A stretch of 30,764 nt of DNA. It comes from an uncultured bacterium. Its GTDB lineage: Bacteria > CSSED10-310 > CAZUFC01. Positions 9,282 to 20,059 of the stretch are shown piece by piece. Location: the NCBI GenBank assembly GCA_964619725.1, contig CAZUFC010000102.1, forward strand, positions 1-30,764, read 5' to 3'. The number at the start of each line of letters is the position of its first letter. Position 1 is the first letter of the stretch. The translations under genes and the position numbers were made by a program. Under the pieces are notes generated by a model, which saw only the letters and a program-made list of their open reading frames with translations, was not told the DNA's origin and ran no database searches.

Positions 9282-12200
9282 ATGATGAAATTGTTCGATT
9301 TATGGAAAAAATTGAGGATTATCGTTTTTCTGTTGCCGTTGGGCATCTGTGTGTTTCTTATGGCGGACAAGGGATATGGACAAAACAGACGTTATGCGCC
9401 GGGAGAGATGATCGTAAAGGTGAATCATGGTATTGCGCCTTCGCTGAATTCCGCCGGAGCGGTTGTTTTCGGACTCCCTTCGGTGGACCGCCTGAATCGT
9501 GAATGGGGAGCGAAAAATTTCAAGAGGGTTTTTCGAAATCCGATTTTTTCAAATTACTATATTTTAGAGTTCGAGCGTGGAGAAGGTTTGGATATGGAGT
9601 TCGCTGCCGGGCGGTATGCTAAGGATTCTCAAGTTCTGTATGCCGGTCCCAATTATTATGCGAAATTCGTCATCACGGGTGAAGAAAAATTAATACCTGA
9701 CGATCCATTTTTTGAGAATCAATGGGGATTGAACAACACGGGACAGAGCGGAGGTTCGCCTGATGCGGATATTGATGCAGTTGAAGCCTGGGAAATTGAA
9801 ACAGGATCGTCTGCAGTGGTAATCGCCATACTTGATACAGGCATAGACCTGGTTCATCCGGATATGTCGGGTAAAATTTGGATTAATGGGGGTGAAGTTC
9901 CCGGAAACGATATTGACGACGACGGCAACGGATTTGTCGACGACGTCAATGGGTGGGATTTCATCAACGAAGACGCTGATCCGCAGGACGACAACAGCCA
10001 CGGCACTCATACGTCGGGTATCGCCGGCTCTGCATCAAACAACGGTGAAGGCATCGCAGGCGTCTGTTGGGGATGTTCGCTAATGCCTGTTAAAGTCCTC
10101 GGAAGCGACGGAATAGGCACATACGCTCAAATTTCAGCAGGAATAGAATATGCAGCCGACAACGGAGCAGACGTTATTAACCTGAGTCTCGGCAGCGAAA
10201 CTTATTCTGAACCGCTGGAAAACATCATCGGTTACGCTCACGATAACGGGTGCGTCATCATAGGCGCAGCGGGCAATTTCAACGATGACGATCCTTTCTA
10301 TCCGGCCGCTTTCGATCACGTCCTGGCAGCAGCGGCCCTGGACCATAACGATGTTAAATATCAACTTTCAGGTTATGGGGATTGGATAGACCTGTCCGCC
10401 CCCGGAGTCGACATTACCAGCGCCGTTCTTCATGAAGGATACAGTTCCTGGTCTGGAACGAGCATGGCGGCTCCTTTCATTTCAGGTACCGCAGGACTGC
10501 TCTTTTCCGCGTTTCCCTCCTGGAATAATCTGCTGATCGAATCACATATGCTGCATCTGGCCGACGATGTCGACAACGCCAATCCCGGATACGCCGGACT
10601 GCTGGGGAAAGGCAGGATTAATTCTTTCAACTGCCTCTCTGTTTCTCCTGAACCTGATCTGCATCTGATAGAAACCTCAATAGATGATTCCGCCTCTCCC
10701 GCGGACGGAGATGGAGCGCTTGACCCGGATGAAACGGCGAATCTTATCGTCACGCTGTATAATTCATGGGGCGATGCCGTATCTGTTTCCGGAACGATAG
10801 AATCTTCTCATCCTCACCTCTCCATTACAGATAATTACGGAACATTCGGCGACATTGCTTCACAACTATTTACGGAAAACAACGCCGATCCTTTCGAATT
10901 GCACCTTAATGATTCGTGTCCCGCAGGTCAGAGCATAGATATTAACCTCATATTACAGGACTCGCTCTCAAATTTATGGGAATTCCCGTTCACTCTCATT
11001 ACAGGCTCCAGAGAATATTCTGTTCCCGTTTTTATCAACTCCGATACGACATGGGAGGAAAACGAAACCTACCTGGTTAATCATAACGTCCTGGTCCAGG
11101 CGAAATTAACCGTCGAACCAGGCGTTACTGTAAAAATAGACCCAGGTTCCGCCATCGTTTTTCGCGACAACGGGTTCATCGAAGCCGTCGGGACGGAAAC
11201 TCAACCGATAACGTTCACTTCATCCAATCCGCCCAATAAATGGATATGCCTTAAATTCGAGGACAATTCCCACTCACATATAAACGACTTGAAGTATTGT
11301 ATTCTTGAATATGCCGAAATGCCGGTCAATGACGAAACCAATAGAAACAACATGTATTTTGAATACAATAAAACAGAAAATTGTCTTCAGGTGGGATACA
11401 TGAAAACATCTGCCTTGAAAAACAATGAATTTATAGACTCAGGTCGTCTGTCCCTGGTACTCTTTCCGACACTGACTTCGCAAAACGAATTCAACGTGGC
11501 GGACAACCTGTTCATTAACAGTTATCTGGAACTCCAGATACAAAATGATAATTCAACCGGTGACGTCATACTCATTAATGACAATTACTGCGACGGAGGT
11601 GACTTGTACGGCGGAACATGCAGCTCAGAACCGTCGCTTTACCTTTTCGAAAGCAATGTCGTAATGAACGGAGATGAGGGTATATCAGGCAGTCTGAATA
11701 TGAAACCCCGAGCGACGAAAAATACGGTCATCAATTGCTCCATCGGCATAAGGAGGGTTTTTGAAGCCGATCATAACCTGATCAGCAATTGCGATGAGGG
11801 TTTGGACGGCTGCATTCTTGTTCATCACAATCATGTTGAAAAATGCAATAACGGCATAAAATATCAGTATTTCAGCGGGGCTCGAGGGCATCGTGAAGAC
11901 GGATATGATTTAAAGCGGCGTTCTGCATCTTCAAAGCCCGATATCAATTATCTTTATACGGGCGGAAGTTTCGTCAGGTCGAGGAACATGAGATTTCTTC
12001 ATGAGGACCAGGCTCAATATGATTCGTCATTTATGAAAAAAAATCGAAGCTCAGGAGATCATTCCGAAAATGAAAACACTAAAACATCCGTAACGACTGC
12101 AGCAGAAAAGTCAGCAGAGTCTTCGACCATAGAGTTATACTGCTTATTCGCAATGACCCCGACGGCGACTCCGACAACATCATATTCGAGTCGATTCACG

Positions 12201-13811
12201 CCGTCGCCGTCCGCTGTTTATAAAACCGGCCGGATTATGACCCCGTCGGTCACCCCTGTCAGTTCGGCTGTAAATACTCCCATCCCGACGGTCGTTTCCA
12301 CGAGTACCCCGACGATAACCTTGACGCGAACGCCGACAGGAACCTGGACGAGGACCCCGACCCGGACTGCAACGCCGACTTATACTCCCGTCATTGTCGG
12401 CGATTATGTATGGAATGATGAAAATGAGGACGGCGAGCAGAATGAAGATTGGGAAACAGCAGGGATAAATGGGGTTCTCATGGAGATATACGAGGATACG
12501 AACGACAATAATGAACTGGATCAAGGCGACATATTGCTGGATTCAGCGACGACTCAAAACGATCCCGTTTCAGGATATCCGGGCTGGTACAACCTGAGCG
12601 CATATATGATTCCCAATAACAGATATTTCGTAAATATCGATCCGGACACTCTTCCGCCATTCTATTTTTATACTGCAAAGACTTCTCCGTATGATTTTCA
12701 TTTCAATGCCGGCACACACTATGATTACATTGATTTTGGACTGACCTATCGCGGCTGGGCGAACAACAACATCATAGCTTGTCGGAATCAGGGAATATCA
12801 GCATACTTCGAGGGTTATGACTATCAGGGCAACAATTACATCCAAAATGAACAATACTGCTTCAAAAATCAAAAGCCGGCTAACGCAGCCGTACAATACT
12901 CTTACTGGGGATTTGCTGCGACGGCGGAGATGAATGAAGAAAACGAATGGCCTCAGGCTGATTCCGATATCGAAGCGATCTATGATTTTCTCGATGATTT
13001 CGACCTGGGATTTGCGGATTACAGCTATTGGCTGACGGAACCGAATCCTGAAGCTCCCGGCTTCCTGTGGAATATCGTTCTCGACCCGCCCAGTCCCGTT
13101 GGTGCGGAGCTTGTCCTCTTCACCTTGAGTTTCAGCAGCGCCATGGACATGGAATCGGAGTTAACCGTGACTTTCGGCGTTGATGAACCATTTGATGAGC
13201 ATCAGATAACGGGAGACTGGGAAAACCAGCAAACCTGGTCGGGATCATTCCTAATCGATTACTTCACCGGAGACGGACAAAACACTATCAGCGCTTCGGG
13301 AGGAAAAGACGCATCTGGACTTCTTATGCCGGCGGACACGAATCATTCTTTCATTATTGAAACAGGAATAGGGGGAGTGCAGGGATTGGCGGCAGTTCCC
13401 ATCGATGCCGGCATGATACTGAGTTGGCAGCCTAATTACGAACCCGACCTCGCCGGTTACAGGTTGTACTATGACATAGATTCAGGCGTTCCCTACAACG
13501 GGACCGGCGCTTCTCAAGGCTCTTCGCCCATCGATGTCGGCAACGTCAATAATTTTGCTCTTACCGATCTGATTAACGGTCAAATCTATTATTTCGCCGT
13601 CAGAGCCGTCGATGCGGGAGATCACCTGGGGCCATACAGCAGCGAGGTTTGGGGCATGCCAAACGGCGCTTCGACCCCGGCTCCTACCCAAACCCCCTGT
13701 CAATCAATACCTGCGACAGGATTCAGGGGAATAATCGGAATCATAGCGATTCTGGGATTTCTGATATCCTTGTCAGGAAGGAAACGATCCTCAAGCCAGG
13801 GATGGAATTGA
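9282..13811 (+). CDS. S8 subtilase (thermitase-like) mosaic with beta-helix, Thr/Pro linker, SdrD-B-like and FN3 domains and a C-terminal sorting tail
   Basis: Triad ILDTGID / HGTHTSG / GTSMAAP; signal peptide and prodomain; IVGDYVWNDENEDGEQ motif; tail IPATG-TM-RKR. Confidence 0.95.
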   Translation: MMKLFDLWKKLRIIVFLLPLGICVFLMADKGYGQNRRYAPGEMIVKVNHGIAPSLNSAGAVVFGLPSVDRLNREWGAKNFKRVFRNPIFSNYYILEFERGEGLDMEFAAGRYAKDSQVLYAGPNYYAKFVITGEEKLIPDDPFFENQWGLNNTGQSGGSPDADIDAVEAWEIETGSSAVVIAILDTGIDLVHPDMSGKIWINGGEVPGNDIDDDGNGFVDDVNGWDFINEDADPQDDNSHGTHTSGIAGSASNNGEGIAGVCWGCSLMPVKVLGSDGIGTYAQISAGIEYAADNGADVINLSLGSETYSEPLENIIGYAHDNGCVIIGAAGNFNDDDPFYPAAFDHVLAAAALDHNDVKYQLSGYGDWIDLSAPGVDITSAVLHEGYSSWSGTSMAAPFISGTAGLLFSAFPSWNNLLIESHMLHLADDVDNANPGYAGLLGKGRINSFNCLSVSPEPDLHLIETSIDDSASPADGDGALDPDETANLIVTLYNSWGDAVSVSGTIESSHPHLSITDNYGTFGDIASQLFTENNADPFELHLNDSCPAGQSIDINLILQDSLSNLWEFPFTLITGSREYSVPVFINSDTTWEENETYLVNHNVLVQAKLTVEPGVTVKIDPGSAIVFRDNGFIEAVGTETQPITFTSSNPPNKWICLKFEDNSHSHINDLKYCILEYAEMPVNDETNRNNMYFEYNKTENCLQVGYMKTSALKNNEFIDSGRLSLVLFPTLTSQNEFNVADNLFINSYLELQIQNDNSTGDVILINDNYCDGGDLYGGTCSSEPSLYLFESNVVMNGDEGISGSLNMKPRATKNTVINCSIGIRRVFEADHNLISNCDEGLDGCILVHHNHVEKCNNGIKYQYFSGARGHREDGYDLKRRSASSKPDINYLYTGGSFVRSRNMRFLHEDQAQYDSSFMKKNRSSGDHSENENTKTSVTTAAEKSAESSTIELYCLFAMTPTATPTTSYSSRFTPSPSAVYKTGRIMTPSVTPVSSAVNTPIPTVVSTSTPTITLTRTPTGTWTRTPTRTATPTYTPVIVGDYVWNDENEDGEQNEDWETAGINGVLMEIYEDTNDNNELDQGDILLDSATTQNDPVSGYPGWYNLSAYMIPNNRYFVNIDPDTLPPFYFYTAKTSPYDFHFNAGTHYDYIDFGLTYRGWANNNIIACRNQGISAYFEGYDYQGNNYIQNEQYCFKNQKPANAAVQYSYWGFAATAEMNEENEWPQADSDIEAIYDFLDDFDLGFADYSYWLTEPNPEAPGFLWNIVLDPPSPVGAELVLFTLSFSSAMDMESELTVTFGVDEPFDEHQITGDWENQQTWSGSFLIDYFTGDGQNTISASGGKDASGLLMPADTNHSFIIETGIGGVQGLAAVPIDAGMILSWQPNYEPDLAGYRLYYDIDSGVPYNGTGASQGSSPIDVGNVNNFALTDLINGQIYYFAVRAVDAGDHLGPYSSEVWGMPNGASTPAPTQTPCQSIPATGFRGIIGIIAILGFLISLSGRKRSSSQGWN

Positions 13812-14386
13812 AATTCCTTTACTCACTTTTCCCCTTTCATTGTTCTGTTGATATTTTAAAAAAATATTCCGTGGAATGTAAACCCGACATTGATGAAAAT
13901 CTTCAACGACTTCGATTTCAGCTAAGCAAAAATCCGGGATGAAAATGCTGTTCAAACTCATAAATGACTCAACCCATTTCCAGGGAATGAGGTGATAAAA
14001 CATGAAATTTATACTACCGTTATCTCATCTCTCATCCCTTCCCATCCTCTTTCAAGACGCTTTGCAATGCAACAACAAATATGGACATATATCTTTAGTC
14101 CCACACTGTCCGGCTGATACTTTAAAGACGAATGATTTGCTTTTATGAGGTTTCTCGTTATAATTAATTTGGTGAGTCTTCACTCGCTTATGAAACATAT
14201 CGACTTTTGCCTGCTTGCTGTTTCATATCATAAAAAAATTTTCAAAAATAGTCAGGAACCTGTAATGTAAAACAGGAGGGAGGTGTTTTGATTTTTCATG
14301 GATTGCGTTTGAAAAGACAGGCATAAAAAGTCAAAAAGAGAGATAATGGGAAAAATTAAAAATTTTTATAGAAGGAGAAATAATAA

Positions 14387-15754
14387 GTGAAACGGACAAC
14401 ATTAGTTTCTTTGATTTTATGGGGATTTATTGTTTCATTCGGAGCAGGAACAGCTTTTCTGAATGGGATTAATTATCAGGGATATGTTACGGACCCGGAA
14501 ACGGGCGAACCGGCTGTAGACGGTTATTACCGTTTCGTTTTCAGTATTTACGATGCTGCTGCAGATGGAACCCTGCTGTGGATGGAAACTCATGAAGCGG
14601 TGGACGTAACCGGCGGATATTTCCATGTGATACTTGGAACCCAGGTGAATTTTCCGGAAACGATGCATTTTGATGAAGAGTATTGGCTTGAGGTTGAAAT
14701 TGGTCCAGAAGGGGAATCGGAAATTCTAACTCCGAGGCAGCAAATGACGAGTGTGGGACAGGCACTGGAAGCTTTTGACGTATATAACAGGGATATTAAC
14801 CCAAGATCGGTGAGAATAATAGGTTATGATAAAGGGGAAGTGATCAACGAATATGGAGAATGGGTAGGTCCGCAGACGGGTTTAGCCGGTCCGACCGGTC
14901 CGCAAGGCGATACGGGACCGGAGGGACCTGCGGGGCCGCAAGGCGATACGGGACCGGAGGGACCTGCGGGGCCGCAAGGCTTTACCGGACCGATGGGACC
15001 GTCAGGTTCGCAGGGCGACACGGGACCGCAAGGACCTGCCGGACCGCAGGGCGATACGGGATATGAGGGACCTGTGGGGCCGCAAGGCTTTACCGGACCG
15101 ATGGGACCGTCAGGCTCTCAGGGCGATACGGGACCGCAGGGACCTGCCGGACCGCAGGGCGATACGGGACCTGAGGGACTTATGGGGCCGCAAGGCTTTA
15201 CCGGACCGATGGGACCGTCAGGTTCGCAGGGCGATACGGGACCGCAAGGACCTGCCGGACCGCAGGGAAATACGGGACCGGAAGGACCGACAGGTCCCAG
15301 AGGTCCATCCGGACCGGTCACTGGCGGAACATGGATGCAAAACGGCAGCAACATTTATTACGACAGCGGCTATGTCGGAATTGGAACGGATAGTCCGGCC
15401 GCTAATCTGGAAGTAAACGGAACCGTTAAGTCAGAAGCCCTGGTTTTGAATTCAGCTTTTATTTCGGGAACTTCGGAAATTACGGATTACGACGTTTCAA
15501 ACATCGGAATACTGTTTATCGACCCGGCAGGCTCCTGGGTTACCATAAGAGGCTTCTCAGGAGGAGTCAAAGGACAGGTATTGCATGTCGTCATTACCGA
15601 CAGCGTCTGTTGCGCGGGAGCGTTCTTTTATGACAATGATCCCGCCGGAGTTCAGAAATTCGTAGCCCCAGGCAACGTCGGGATTGATTATCAACAAGGC
15701 GTTACCCTGGTATTCGACGGAACCTTCTGGAGGCTTGTATATCGAGGTTTTTAA
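14387..15754 (+). CDS. Exported collagen-like fibre protein
   Basis: RBS aaggag plus GTG; signal peptide; INYQG..D..G.P N-domain; 49 consecutive Gly-X-Y triplets; [15 protein letters not shown] motif. Confidence 0.92.
   Translation: MKRTTLVSLILWGFIVSFGAGTAFLNGINYQGYVTDPETGEPAVDGYYRFVFSIYDAAADGTLLWMETHEAVDVTGGYFHVILGTQVNFPETMHFDEEYWLEVEIGPEGESEILTPRQQMTSVGQALEAFDVYNRDINPRSVRIIGYDKGEVINEYGEWVGPQTGLAGPTGPQGDTGPEGPAGPQGDTGPEGPAGPQGFTGPMGPSGSQGDTGPQGPAGPQGDTGYEGPVGPQGFTGPMGPSGSQGDTGPQGPAGPQGDTGPEGLMGPQGFTGPMGPSGSQGDTGPQGPAGPQGNTGPEGPTGPRGPSGPVTGGTWMQNGSNIYYDSGYVGIGTDSPAANLEVNGTVKSEALVLNSAFISGTSEITDYDVSNIGILFIDPAGSWVTIRGFSGGVKGQVLHVVITDSVCCAGAFFYDNDPAGVQKFVAPGNVGIDYQQGVTLVFDGTFWRLVYRGF
14879..15319 (+). 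repeat. Intragenic 36-nt tandem repeat with 108-nt super-period
   Basis: Twelve 12-aa units; [28 protein letters not shown] recurs three times. Confidence 0.9.
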
Positions 15755-15881
15755 TTAATAGATTGTACGCTGGCGGATTTTTATTGCAAAATTCATAAAA
15801 GGAAACGGTTTTTGTACATTTTTAGTCTGCATTCCAAAAGTTCAGCCTACAAGTTTTTTATCGCCTGCAGCAACCATAAGT

Positions 15882-16069
15882 AATCGGGGCAGGTGTCGGT
15901 ATCGCAATCGGTATCGGCGTCGGGATATCAATCGGTATCGGCGTCGGGATATCAATCGGGATCGGGGTCGGGGTCGGTATCCCAATCGGGGTCGCAATCG
16001 CAATCGAAACAAAATGATGAGATATTATTTCGAATTCTAACCTCAGAAGACGCATTTTTGATCAATGCC
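15882..16069 (+). repeat. Family B element: hexamer array plus right arm
   Basis: NTCGNN array, then aatcgaaacaaaatgatgagatatt...cgaatt.taacctca.aagacgcatttttgatcaatgcc. Confidence 0.88.
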
Positions 16070-16142
16070 TCTTTTTCCGTTGAATTTTCCATCCCGTTCA
16101 TTTACAGCGGATTGATCAGACTCAAAAAAGGCATCTCATGCC

Positions 16143-17978
16143 TTAATTTCTCTCCCGGAAGCAGAACTTCAGCAGGCTCGCAATCAACAATATCAGGACC
16201 GCGGACATGATATCGGAGACGGCGGGGATCGAAGGCGCTGTCGGAGCGCCTGTTGGAGAAGGAGTGTGCTGAGTCGGCGAAAAGGTCGTTAGCTGCGTCG
16301 GCTCCCGTGTCGGGGAGGCCCAGGGTGAATATGAGGGCGAAGGCGATGAAAAGACAGATGCAGTAGGCGTCGGAGAAGCGCTTCGAGTGGGCGAAATTGT
16401 CGACGTTCGTGAAGCGGTCATCGTCGGCGAAGCGGTTATTGTGAATGTCCTGGTCGGGGTTCTGCTCGGCGTTTCAGTGGGGGAGCCGGTGGGGCTGTAC
16501 GTTGCCGTCGGCGTTGAGGTGGGGCTTCGAGTGGGAGACTTCGTCGGCGTTCGGGTTGCAGTCATTGTCGGCGAAGCGGTTTTTGTAAATGTCTTGGTCG
16601 GGGTTCTGCTCGGCGTTTTAGTGGGTGAGCCGGTGGGGCTGTACGTTGCCGTCGGCGTTGAGGTGGGGCTTCGTGTGGGAGACCTTGACGGCGTTCGCGT
16701 TGCCGTTCGTGTCGGCGAAAGGGTTGGCGTGTTTGTAGTCGTAGGCGCAGGAGAGCTTGGAGCAAACAGCCAGACGTCGCCGACAGCGGATTGGACTTGC
16801 TGATCAATGAGCGCGGCCCCGCTTGACGGATGAAGAATCCTTATACGGCAATAATATTGGTATTGAAAGGTTAATACCAGCGTTTTATCATGGTGCCTGG
16901 CGCTTTGAACGGAATGCCACGTGTTTGGACAACTCAGCACATTCACCGTATATTGTCCGTAAGAAAAACCGATGTCGTGCCCGGTCATATCCGGGGCATC
17001 GTTCATTCCAAATGAATAACCCATGATCTCATCCGTCGCGCAGTCATACAGCAGGCCCGGATTGCTGACATAATTCCGTCCGAATGCCGGATCGTCTGCG
17101 TCCAGGGCCGTGCTTGACTCCGTAAACGTGATGCCGTCCTGGCTTTCCATCACCACCAGTTCGTTGAAATGACGGTTGATGACCGCCCTGTAAGTCCCAT
17201 TTACAATCTCAACGTCCGGCTCCATGAAACCGGGGAATCCTCCAACATCGGGATACTCTGCCGCCACTACAAAATTATGCGGCAGCCACTCTTGAGATTC
17301 CGCCAGGTAGCAATGAGTTTCCCCGTTATTGATTTTACCGTCGAACCATAATTTCCATTTCGATCCTGTCCATAACAGCGAAGGCCGGGCGATATCGGAA
17401 AAATTCCGTCCGGAAACGCTGATTTCAGCAGAAAAAACGCCGTTGGCCGGCGTCCAGGACGCACCGTCCTCACTGGTGGAAATGGCGATCCAATCCCTGT
17501 AATCCGAACCCTGGAAATGTGCGACCGTATACGCCATGAACCACTCATTCTGGGACCTTTTCTGGACGGAAGGATCGTTCACATGCAGATATGCTCCATT
17601 TCCGATGATGACACTCTGACCGCCCCACGGTCCTTCGGGAATCAAATCGTCGGAAACCGCAAAATATATCCTGTCGTTGCCGTCGCCTGAATCTTTCCAA
17701 CCGCCGTAATACAGGTTCCAAACGCTTCCGTTCCTGATCAGGTCCGGAGCGTAAAGATTTTTCCCCTGGATGATCGGATTCTCAATGGACGGATGCGATG
17801 AAACGCCGTCAGCAAAATACGTACCCCGCACCGTCACCCCGTCGCTCCACCCGTCGTTGCCGACATACGTCAGCGAATAAGCGCCCGATTCCGTCGAGTG
17901 GATCAAGGACAGCACGATCATGCAAACCATAATCGCTGATTTTAACGTTCCGAATTCAGAAATGAATCGATCTTCCAT
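16143..17978 (-). CDS. Exported five-bladed beta-propeller glycoside-hydrolase-like protein with Thr/Pro stalk and sorting tail
   Basis: Blade motifs YAPDL, NDPSV, ARPSL, MEPDV, SNPGL; long TPT/SPT region; tail IPAVS-TM-RERN. Start 17978 is tentative. Confidence 0.8.
   Translation of the reverse strand: MEDRFISEFGTLKSAIMVCMIVLSLIHSTESGAYSLTYVGNDGWSDGVTVRGTYFADGVSSHPSIENPIIQGKNLYAPDLIRNGSVWNLYYGGWKDSGDGNDRIYFAVSDDLIPEGPWGGQSVIIGNGAYLHVNDPSVQKRSQNEWFMAYTVAHFQGSDYRDWIAISTSEDGASWTPANGVFSAEISVSGRNFSDIARPSLLWTGSKWKLWFDGKINNGETHCYLAESQEWLPHNFVVAAEYPDVGGFPGFMEPDVEIVNGTYRAVINRHFNELVVMESQDGITFTESSTALDADDPAFGRNYVSNPGLLYDCATDEIMGYSFGMNDAPDMTGHDIGFSYGQYTVNVLSCPNTWHSVQSARHHDKTLVLTFQYQYYCRIRILHPSSGAALIDQQVQSAVGDVWLFAPSSPAPTTTNTPTLSPTRTATRTPSRSPTRSPTSTPTATYSPTGSPTKTPSRTPTKTFTKTASPTMTATRTPTKSPTRSPTSTPTATYSPTGSPTETPSRTPTRTFTITASPTMTASRTSTISPTRSASPTPTASVFSSPSPSYSPWASPTREPTQLTTFSPTQHTPSPTGAPTAPSIPAVSDIMSAVLILLIASLLKFCFRERN
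16417..16704 (-). repeat. 144-nt intragenic tandem duplication in the Thr/Pro stalk
   Basis: 16417-16560 and 16561-16704 are near-identical. Confidence 0.9.
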
Positions 17979-18087
17979 GTTCACCGGACTCACCCGCATT
18001 TCAATTATCGATAAACTTTTCATATTAATTTTTAAAAGCTTTTCCATAAATGTCAAGGATGTTTTTAACCCAACTGCAGCTCCTGAA

Positions 18088-18263
18088 CCGGATTTCTCAT
18101 ACAAAATTGTAGTGAGAGCGTTCAGATTCCCGCAGATTCAATCGTAGCGGACCGGAGGACTGCGGAAGCATAGCAGCGCCATGTTGAGCAAGTCCGTAGG
18201 GAGCAGAGCTTGAAGGTTCGGGGATATGGACGTTCGTAATAGGTTTTGTATGAGAAATCCAGG
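18088..18263 (+). mobile_element. Family C MITE, full copy
   Basis: Perfect 17-bp inverted repeat ggatttctcatacaaaa (18090-18106) / ttttgtatgagaaatcc (18244-18260); related ends at 482 and 30713. Confidence 0.85.
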
Positions 18264-18451
18264 CAAAATCCGATGCAAGAGCGATGATTTAATCGCAAAT
18301 TTTAACTGATGACAGACAACTTGAGTTGATGATAACTTGTTATGGTTCCTATCAATGTCTCGGATTAATTGTCGAATGAATCAAAGGTCCCGAAAGCAGA
18401 GGGACTGCGCAATATGTGTTCTTTCATGAAGTTTTTCCACTTTATTAACCG

Positions 18452-18671
18452 TAATCAGCATTTTCGATATCGCTATCGCAATCGGTATCGGCGTCGCTAT
18501 AGCAATCGCTATCGGGGTCGGTATCGGGGTCGCTATCAGGGTCAGTATCAATATAGCGGGTTATGTTTCCTTTGGTTCACACCCAACACATAAGTTCTGA
18601 AATGTCCATTAAAAATTGCTGGATATTCTGCAGAAATTATAACTCAAAAGACGCATTTTTGATCAATGGCC
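18452..18671 (+). repeat. Family B element: degenerate hexamer array plus right arm
   Basis: atcgctatcgcaatcggtatcggcgtcgct...; ends aattataactcaaaagacgcatttttgatcaatggcc. Confidence 0.8.
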
Positions 18672-18749
18672 GGAATTTGATTTGTTTCTAATTCAGTAAT
18701 ACAATTGTAAATGATCATTATAACGTAAGGATCAGGAGGAATAAACGTT

Positions 18750-19733
18750 ATGAAAAGAATCCGAAGCATAACAGGTCATCGGGTAAAAACGGCAGCGCTG
18801 AAAGCAATCAGCCTTGCCTTACCCTCGATTCCCTAGACCGGCCCCATATCGCCTGGTTTGGTCGGCCGCAAGGACAGGAGGACATCTATTATTACCTTTA
18901 CTGGAATGGCTCTGAGTGGGCGGATGCCGACGGAACCGGAAGAGAATCATTCAATATCAGCAATAATGCCGGGCACTCGAAAATGCCCTCTCTGGCGCTC
19001 GATTACCAGGATCATCCCTGCCTGACCTGGACGGATAATACGGAAAATGAGGAAGGGATTTATTTCCTGTCCTGGACTGAACCCCTTGCTTCAGGAACCC
19101 TGCTTTCATCAGCCTATGATACGGGCGCTGAATCGGATTGGAATACCATAACCTGGGACGCGGTTATTCCTGACTGGACCGATATGAAAATCAGAACACG
19201 AACATCTCCCGACTCCTTGTTATGGTCCGAGTGGAGTCAATATTACAGGGAAAGCGGTTCATCGATTTCCGGGTTTCCCGATAGGTGGATTCAATACGAG
19301 ATCACGATGGAAAGCAGCAATACGGAATTTATTCCTGTCCTAGATGAGATAAGAATTAATTAGTGACTGTCCACTAACTCGATTCTCGATTCAAAATTTA
19401 ATGCTGGACAGTCACTGCGGTTTTTGATCCATAAACGAGCGAATTTTTCTTAAAACAAGGATGGTAAGGATTTGCGAGGCAGGGGTATTGCTTATACGTT
19501 GACTGAGCAAATCCGAAGACAGACGCAGAATTGGGAAAAATTCGCCGTTTATGGACAAAAACAATTATTCAAGCATGACTACTCCTTCACCGGCTTATAC
19601 GCCCTCCAATACGCCGACTCCTGCCGCAACATCCGTTCCGGCCCTCAGCCGCATATCATCAGCGTCTCTTATTATCGTGTTTACGCTCTGCCTCTCCCTT
19701 TTCAACCTGAAAATTTTTCCCAAACAGCGGTGA
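18750..19733 (+). pseudogene. Relic of a surface propeller-repeat protein (apparent internal deletion plus MITE insertion)
   Basis: RBS aggagga plus ATG 18750 gives a short signal-like peptide out of frame with LDSLDRPHIAW...PSLALDYQDHPCLTW blades; removing the MITE rejoins DEIRIN to YSSMTTPSP...VPALS-TM-KQR. Confidence 0.82.
19363..19562 (+). mobile_element. Family A MITE copy 3
   Basis: gtgactgtccactaac...gtttatggacaaaaac; AATTA duplicated at 19358-19362 and 19563-19567. Confidence 0.9.
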
Positions 19734-20059
19734 ATCTACTCCTTTGGGAACGTAATAAGCAACTCAGTCCAGGTCATTCCCCGATGTCATACTCGACAAA
19801 AACGCCGACCTATGCGTTAACGATGAATCCGACATCGATGCCGGAAATTACTCTGTCGCAGACACTAACCGCTGGCTCAATACCGCGTTAACGTCTGGTT
19901 CGACGTCACAGAACACATTGAGGCCGACATTCAAATTTACGCAGTCATAAACATCGCTCAGGCGGCTCGCTGAAACGACACCTCCAACCATGAACAGCTT
20001 TCTCAGCTTGCCGGCAAGGAGTCGGCCCGAACATCTGATAAGATGTCTGGCCCTATTCT

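Noticed and set aside
16417-16704. Duplication as a DGR template/variable pair
   Set aside because: Adjacent in-frame tandem copies, differences not adenine-specific, no reverse transcriptase.
16387-16803. Val/Gly-rich + strand ORF
   Set aside because: Antisense shadow of the Thr/Pro stalk.
17979-18104. ORF-track start of the propeller gene
   Set aside because: Starts within the family C TIR; the signal-like segment lies further downstream.
19472-19891. 139-aa ORF
   Set aside because: Starts inside MITE copy 3 and overlaps the anchor fragment in another frame.
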